Shown in pieces: positions 55,346 through 64,000 of a stretch of 64,000 nucleotides of DNA (position 1 is the first letter of the stretch; each line of letters starts with the position of its first letter). Both the position numbers and the translations under genes were made by a program. The DNA lies in NCBI RefSeq assembly GCF_009914755.1, contig NC_060928.1. One strand, written 5' to 3'. The DNA is from the human T2T-CHM13v2.0 reference genome, Homo sapiens. The notes beneath the pieces were generated by a model. That model had not been told where the DNA came from. It did no database searches and saw only the letters and a list, made by a program, of their open reading frames with translations.

Positions 55346-55640
55346 TTTCACCTTGGAGAGTTTGTTATTAAAGTCTTCAGTTTTCCTGTAGGAAAAAAAT
55401 GGTGCATAATTGTTCACTAGCATGTGGAAGAAAATATCGTGAAAGTGTGTCGCATTTTTGTTTTTGATGTACCTGTAAGTTAATATCACATTATCATTAG
55501 TCTTATTTAAATCAGTGTTTAATAAGGTAGGAAGAATTTATAATTCTGTTCATGTTAAACTTTAATTATTGGTCCCATGCTCATAAAACAGACATATTCT
55601 GTTTTTATGCTTTTGTTTAATGGTGAGCATTAATGGATGA

Positions 55641-55972
<332 letters not shown>

Positions 55973-55973
55973 T

Positions 55974-56135
55974 GTTTGTTTCTTTTTTAGAGAGAGGGTT
56001 GTGCTCTGTTACCCAGGCTGGAGTGCAGTTGGTGTGATTGTAGTTCACTGTGGCCTTAATTTCCCGGGCTCAAGCCATCCTCCCACCTCAGCCTCTCAAG
56101 GTGCTGGGATTACAGGTGTGAACTACCGTGCCTGG
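55974..56135 (-). mobile_element. FLAM/AluJ monomer adjacent to the AluS
   Basis: gagagggttgtgctctgttacccagg...ctaccgtgcctgg. Confidence 0.8.
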
Positions 56136-56452
56136 TTGAGTTTTCCTTTTAAAAAATTAAATTTCTTTTACAAATATTTATACAAATGGTTTTTGTTCTC
56201 TAAGCCTGAAATGATTGCCTGTTAAGTGTCCTCTTCCAGAGTTTTAAAAGTGACCCTGGCACTTTAAAATCATTGCCTTACATGTGCAGGTCAATTGACT
56301 ACCGGGGAATATGTAATGAATGTAACGCATATTTTCAGGACACTGTCAAGAAAGATGAGATTCATCTTTCTCTTTTTTAAAGACACAGGAAATAGATGGT
56401 CACTACAAAATCCATCTCTGCATTAGTATTGAATGCTGATTTTTCCCAGTGA

Positions 56453-56782
<330 letters not shown>

Positions 56783-59435
56783 GAAAAAGGTTTTAAATAT
56801 TGTGTATCGTTTTATGACATGTGAGATGACTTAGTTCTTTCTCTGGCATATTCTCTTAGCCCATTTATGGAGTTTCTTATTTACCCATACCCTGAAACCA
56901 AAGAGGAAAGACACGCTGATAAGGTAGCAAATCTCCTAAGTCCAAGAGCTCCCTGCAAGAGCTGTCTGACCCCGGCCACTTGGCCTTTGCTCCTGAGTGG
57001 GCCTGTTGTTGAGTATCCACAAGAACCCCCCCGCACAGCACAACACACTCACAGCTTCCAGGCGCATCAGTACTGCAACATCCGAACATTTTCAAGAATT
57101 TTATTTATTCCTTTTGGATGAATGAGGATAAATTTGAAATGAAATCATTGGCATGATCACCTGTCAAGAAAGACTTTTGATAAATAAAGATTTTTTAGTC
57201 TCTAAAAAGAGCAGCAAATGAGCTTCCTGGCTTTCTTGCCTTTGTCTGCCAAGGTTCTCACCCTCTTCTCCCTTCTGACCATTTCCTCTGCTCAACTCAC
57301 AACTATTATTTTCTTTCAATGTGGCTATTGGAGTTCACCTCTTTTGGAAAGCCTGGCTTTGTTCATTACTGATGAAAAATTATAATAATAAAATCAAAAT
57401 GTGAATATTAGCTAAATATAATGGTACTTCTCTCCCAGTGGGGGGAAAATGATGAAAGAAAATAACATTAAAAATACACTTAAGTCCTATGAAATATAAT
57501 TATAAAGCAAGATTTTATATATAGATATATATGTATAGTGTAATCCTCGTTTTGCTATATACACATGTATATGTGCACACATACACACACACACACGTAT
57601 ATTTGCCTAGATTGAATTACTAATACCTTAGGACTCAATAAATGCTAAATTAATGAACATTTAAAATAGGTAAAATCACAGTACTGATAATCACCTCAGT
57701 ATATGTTTTTAGAGCTCTACGCTGAAAACAATATAGACGATATCCTTACTATATGGTGTTTAATTTTTGTGTGGTCTGTGTTCAGTGTCATATCGTTGTC
57801 CGTCTGCCCTGGGCATCATTGCAGTGTAGGGAGCAGGGCAGGAGCCATGCTTAGCGTGGCCAGGCTAGAACTGAGTTTCCACAGGGTTATGGGGAACTTC
57901 ACTGGGGCATTTCATAGGCCAACAGACTCTGAAAAATGATTGAGGGAAATTTTATGATGGTGAATTTTATCTCCTATTTTTCAGTGTATGCAACTAAACA
58001 GGCACATTTCTGTTTTACTTTTTTGTTTTGTTCTTCTCCAGAATTACACAGAAAAAATGTGGCGTATTTCTAAAAACTCAGCTTGGTAGCCTTAAGACCG
58101 CCTGTATTGAGGGATACCGATGAAGTCAGGGAAGAGGGCAGCGGCCAGCACAGGAGCTTTGGGAAAGCTCCTTCAAACGTATTTAGTTTAATCTCTCGGT
58201 AGCTCTTGGTAGCAAAACTCCTAATATGTTAACCTTAAATGGACAAAATAAATGGAAAAGAAAAGCCTCAGGGGATGTCTGTGACTGAGACTGAGGCAAC
58301 TTCTAAAACAAGAAGGGATAAACAACCTCCAGAAAATGAGGATTATGAGGACCTTTCCCAAATTCGACTTCTTCATTCCTTTTGAAACCAGGCAACGCTG
58401 TGCTTACAACTGCTTAAGGTTTTAAAACGGAATGAGGAAGACAGTATTCGGGCTAGAATAATAGTGATTGACAAAGAAAACATCAAATACAGAAGGTTAA
58501 CTCTCAGAATACAAAATCTGCTGACAGACAATAATAATGTTTTTGTACCAAGTTAGAGAACTAGTTATCAACATCTATTGTTTGAATTCAAATGCCGATA
58601 TTTACAGAATATCTAACACTCAAAAAGTAAAATAGGATTAACGAGAACAAAGAAAGGCGCCACAAATCCTTGAGGTTTTCATCTTTAAAGTGATGTATCC
58701 TGTTACTTATAAATGTAATTTGTGAGGCTTTTTAACTTCCCATTGTTTTAGATGTCAAAATGTGAAATGACTAACTTCCTAATCAAGCAAGACATTTTCC
58801 AAGTCGTTAAAAGAAGAATCCCAGTGATTGAGCTCTCAAGAAGAACCTGAAACCGAAAGGCTTCTTGGGTGACTAATAAAAATGCACGATTCTATTTCCC
58901 TTATTTGTGCTAAGTCCATTAACAAATCCACGACTGAGAACTCTCTTTAGACAGTTCAAACTAAAGCGAATCTAATCTCTTTTGTTCTGCTCTGAAAAAG
59001 TGTCCTTGATTGTACTTACATAACAAGCACAGATTATTCTGGAAAGCATCAAATTCCTAGAGTCTTTGCATGCTACTAGACAACAGCATCTCAAGTATTC
59101 TCTTAACTTGGAATTGAACCAGGGACGAGACTATGAGAACTGACCATAACATGGAGACTACCTTGAGCCTTAGCAGACAATCCACGGAGCAAAGAAGTCT
59201 CCGAACATGAAGGTGTCAGCATGATTTTCAATAGGTGCTAGGGGATTGTGTTTACTTTTGTCAAAGTTTCATATAAAAAGCAACTTCATATGTGTCCTAA
59301 TTTGTGACAACAACGGATTTGTTTTACTTATGGGTTAGAGTAGCCTCCACTGTCAAAATACATATGGCAATAGATTGTGTTGATTGTTCATGGAAGGGCT
59401 GTAAACAGCATGACTTCGGGTCTATAGTCTTTTAA

Positions 59436-59787
<352 letters not shown>

Positions 59788-61242
59788 AATTCTGCTTGAA
59801 TTTCTTTGGATTATCAGACATCTCATTTTTCTCGGAATCAGAGCAGGCTGTGTTCTCAATACATATAAGAGAATAGAATGGGTAATTTAACTTTTGAAAG
59901 AGGATCCTAAGGAGTTTGATCCTGCATGGGCATGAACATGCCTTTGTGCCTGTTGTCTCATAATTCTGCTTGAATTGTTTTGATTATCAGGCATCCCATT
60001 CTGAAGAGCAGCAGAGACAAAATCCTTTCCCCAGTTTTGGCTAAGAATTCTATGTAGGTCATTTTATTTTTGTAGACCTGAATTTAAGCACCAAGACCAT
60101 GTATGAAACTACAGGACTGAATTTTAGCTCAGTTAATGGGAGGAGTTGCCCAAAAGATTTTCCACAGACGAACCTTAAGCCAATACATTGCTACTGTTAT
60201 TTTGAAATTAACATATTCACAGTTCATATATTATTCAAAAAAGGACATATTGATGTTTAAGTAGTAGGAAAACATTGCAGGATGTTAGTTTTTTTTTTTT
60301 TAAAGAGATGTATTTTAAACATGAACATAAAAATACAATCATATTAAGGTTATGCACCAGATTTTAACTTGAATTTACTTATTTATTTTGAAATGGGATC
60401 ATTTGTAGCACTCTCTTTGGATAAACTGCCCTAAGTGATCAATGTATTAATGCATCTCTCTCTATCTCTGACTGTGGTAAAATAAGAAGTATTCATAAAT
60501 GCCAAGTGATTTCACTTTTCTATTATAGTCAAATGACTTAATTCAGGTTGACATTTATCTTCACCTATCTTTCCTATATGTCAACATGCTGCTTTGAAAT
60601 AGTCACATGAAAACTCCAAGTAGTTTGTTTTGTGAGTTTAGAAACTCTCTTCTGACTAGTTTCTCTAAATTGGCTCAGAGACTCCTCTGCCTGAGTGGGT
60701 GGCACACAAGTCAACAGTAGCGGCATGACTGTCCATGCTCATAAGAACACCAAGTACCTCCCAGAACTCCTGTGCTAACAGTGCCTGAAAATGTTCCTTA
60801 TTATTCAGGAGCCGAATTACCCGCGGCATCTATTTATCTATGCTGAGGCCAGAACACATTCAACATCATTTCTAGGAATAAGGAGACATTATTACCACAA
60901 ATAATAAAGAAATAAATGAACATGAGGCCGTTGATAATTTTTTATGAGAATACGCGGAGTGTTAGTTTTAATTAGACCAAATGTCCTGATATTTGGAAAA
61001 ATTTCCTGAAAAAAGAGCACTATATGTCTTCCAAGGAAACTAGCAATTTTCCTTTTGAGACTTTACAATGTAAGCTGTTCAAAATACTTATCAATTTTCC
61101 CTAAAGACTTTACTGATTAGAAGTTGATCACCTGGTAAATGATTCCTTCTGATGTTATTCCAAGGTCTCAAAGTTGGTGAATCACTCATTTCACTATTTG
61201 CTTTAAATGGTCATGTGACTTAATATTGGTCCAGCACCTTAC

Positions 61243-61526
<284 letters not shown>

Positions 61527-62971
61527 ACCCTACTTTCATGGAGTTCCTTAGTTTTATATTGTAATCTTAGGGATCATTACAGAACAACATCTAAGTATTT
61601 TCAAGTGCATCTTTTTTCTAAGACTAAGTCATTTGTTCAACTTGATAGTACAGTATTAGGAGAATTCCATTGGCTTATAATGTGCAAATCAAAAGCCAAA
61701 AAAATTTCTAATGAAAATAATTCAGATTCTGACTGAGGATCTCATAAGTCAGGCACCTTATCAAAGAGATATGTGAGGAATTAATTAGAATATCCCTATA
61801 ACACACGTATAGGCAAACTGAATAGCGTTGGAAGAATGGGTCAAGAAATAGGCAAAGCTTGACTCAAATCCCAGTTCTGCCCATTTCTATGCATCCGAAC
61901 AATTTATACCAATGTCATTATCATCGACTCCCCCACTAGACAGCAAAGCATCCCCAATCTGGCAAACTGGCATTATTCCCATTCACTAATATTTCAAATA
62001 TTTTGAAGCAGATCTTTACCTTCGATTGAGTCTTAAGAAGATAATCTAGACTTTCCTGAAAATACATGGGGCATTATTGTATTGCTTTAGATTGAAGCAA
62101 GCCATATGGTTTATTAGACTGATTTCTATGGATTTTCCCGTCTCCCAATTGTCCCACACCCAGCTTAGCAACATGTTGGAATTGAAAAGGAATTCTACTT
62201 TCCAGGCAGCTTTCTTTCTTCCTTAAAAAGATCCTTTATTTAGCTAAGATTTTTCCCCCCACACATTGCCATGAACAAGAGAAAACCTAAGAAAATAGTT
62301 GAATCAAACCCTTGCCTTCTAGCCCAGCTATAGACAATGCTACTGGATCTAAGGGAAAGTGACACTATAAAGGTTTTGACGATTAGCTTTTTTAAAAAAA
62401 TCATTCTCTTTCCCTTTGACAGCTGATAGCCGAAAGCGATGGCTGAATGGAAAGAGATGTCTATAAAATGTCACATAACAAATTGTGTGACAAATTGCAG
62501 AGTGATAACATCCTGATGGCAGCCTACTCCTGCTTAATTCAATAAGGGAAAGTGCCTCTGATTTCCCACCTTGTACTGAGAAGCACACATTTCTATTTTG
62601 AGGAGAAAAGCCTTGATCTTTTTAAAGAACCATTTTTTAAAATTTTATGCTTTGCTAAGTTTCTCACTGCTTTTAATTTTAAAATCTTCCGTTTTAATTT
62701 TTATATATTGAAATATAAAAATCATCTGATATCAAAAGAATTATGTAATCTAGTCTAGTTTTGCATGTCTCATACTTAGATTTTAAGTAGAAGCAAGCAT
62801 CAAAGGCTCTGGTAGGGATTGAGATCAACCAACTCATTTTTAGGGTTAGACATTTGAGGATAAGATAAATGGATGCCCCAAGCAGATACTCAAAAGTAGT
62901 TCATCTCTCCTGACTCCTAGCAAATAATAGGCATCCTCCTTTAAGTAATCTTAAAACGTCATTTGAAATCA

Positions 62972-63355
<384 letters not shown>

Positions 63356-64000
63356 TTACAGTACCCTGCTTAATTAAGTACTGAATCATATGAGGCAGGG
63401 GTTAGGGAAAAGAACAAAATATGAGAAGACGGTGTGGTAGAAGGCAAAACTGTTTGATAAATAAAATAAGAACTGTTAACATAGAACCATATGTTTCTTC
63501 CTCTAAGACTAACAGGAAAACAGTGGTTGATTATGACAAGGATTCCTTTTGCCCAATCACAGCACAAGTCCAAATGGAAAGTGTTAATCAGGTCTACTAA
63601 ACCCAAAGCATATTAGACCTCCTTGGTCTAAGCCTAGACCAATAGCCATTGATTTTTTTTTTTCTGAAATCCTTAGAATTTTCAGTTAGTAAGTATATCT
63701 ATTTTAAATTATTTTCATGGTAATGTTACGTGGTGAAAGTGTTACAGTGAAATAAGCCTGCTTATTGTTAATTCACTGTTCTTAAAAAGCCACACTTTTC
63801 TTCTGATTGAATACACCTGTTTCCTGAGCACCTGAAATAACATTTATATACTTTAGCAATGTCAAGGTTTGTCAGAATTTTTGACAGAATATACTGTCAG
63901 AATTATTACAAATTCATGTTTATATGTGTCTCAGATATGCAATGGTGAAATCCCACTTGCTATGTGGAATTTAAATTTTGGGGCAGGGGAAAATTTGCTC

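Overview
Human (primate; Alu-rich) genomic DNA lying entirely inside SORBS2 (ArgBP2), transcribed on the minus strand. I reconstructed the exon chain by hand from GT/AG boundaries and reading-frame phase. It runs from the MNT start exon (55336-55385) through the SoHo domain to the PPKKPLDYVQ exon (134-190); the SH3-coding exons lie beyond the left edge. Many exons are phase-symmetric cassettes (93, 27, 642, 474, 45, 159, 84 and 57 nt). The most notable hidden structure is a nested sorbin transcription unit. Its first exon encodes MKATTPLQ (21391-21414) and a tiny terminal exon encodes VTKPQAS* (10825-10848), giving a 154-aa SoHo-only peptide that ends in Ser rather than an amidation-donor Gly. 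Downstream, a CpG-rich region precedes a candidate first coding exon (MLGLLATNEG..., 3221-3379) that would give the complementary SoHo-less isoform. Introns hold many Alu, MIR, L2, L1, Tigger3 and hAT fossils, a 160-bp local duplication and a fold-back/templated-insertion cluster at about 53.1-53.45 kb. Repeat family calls are by eye from remembered consensus, not RepeatMasker, and their boundaries are approximate.
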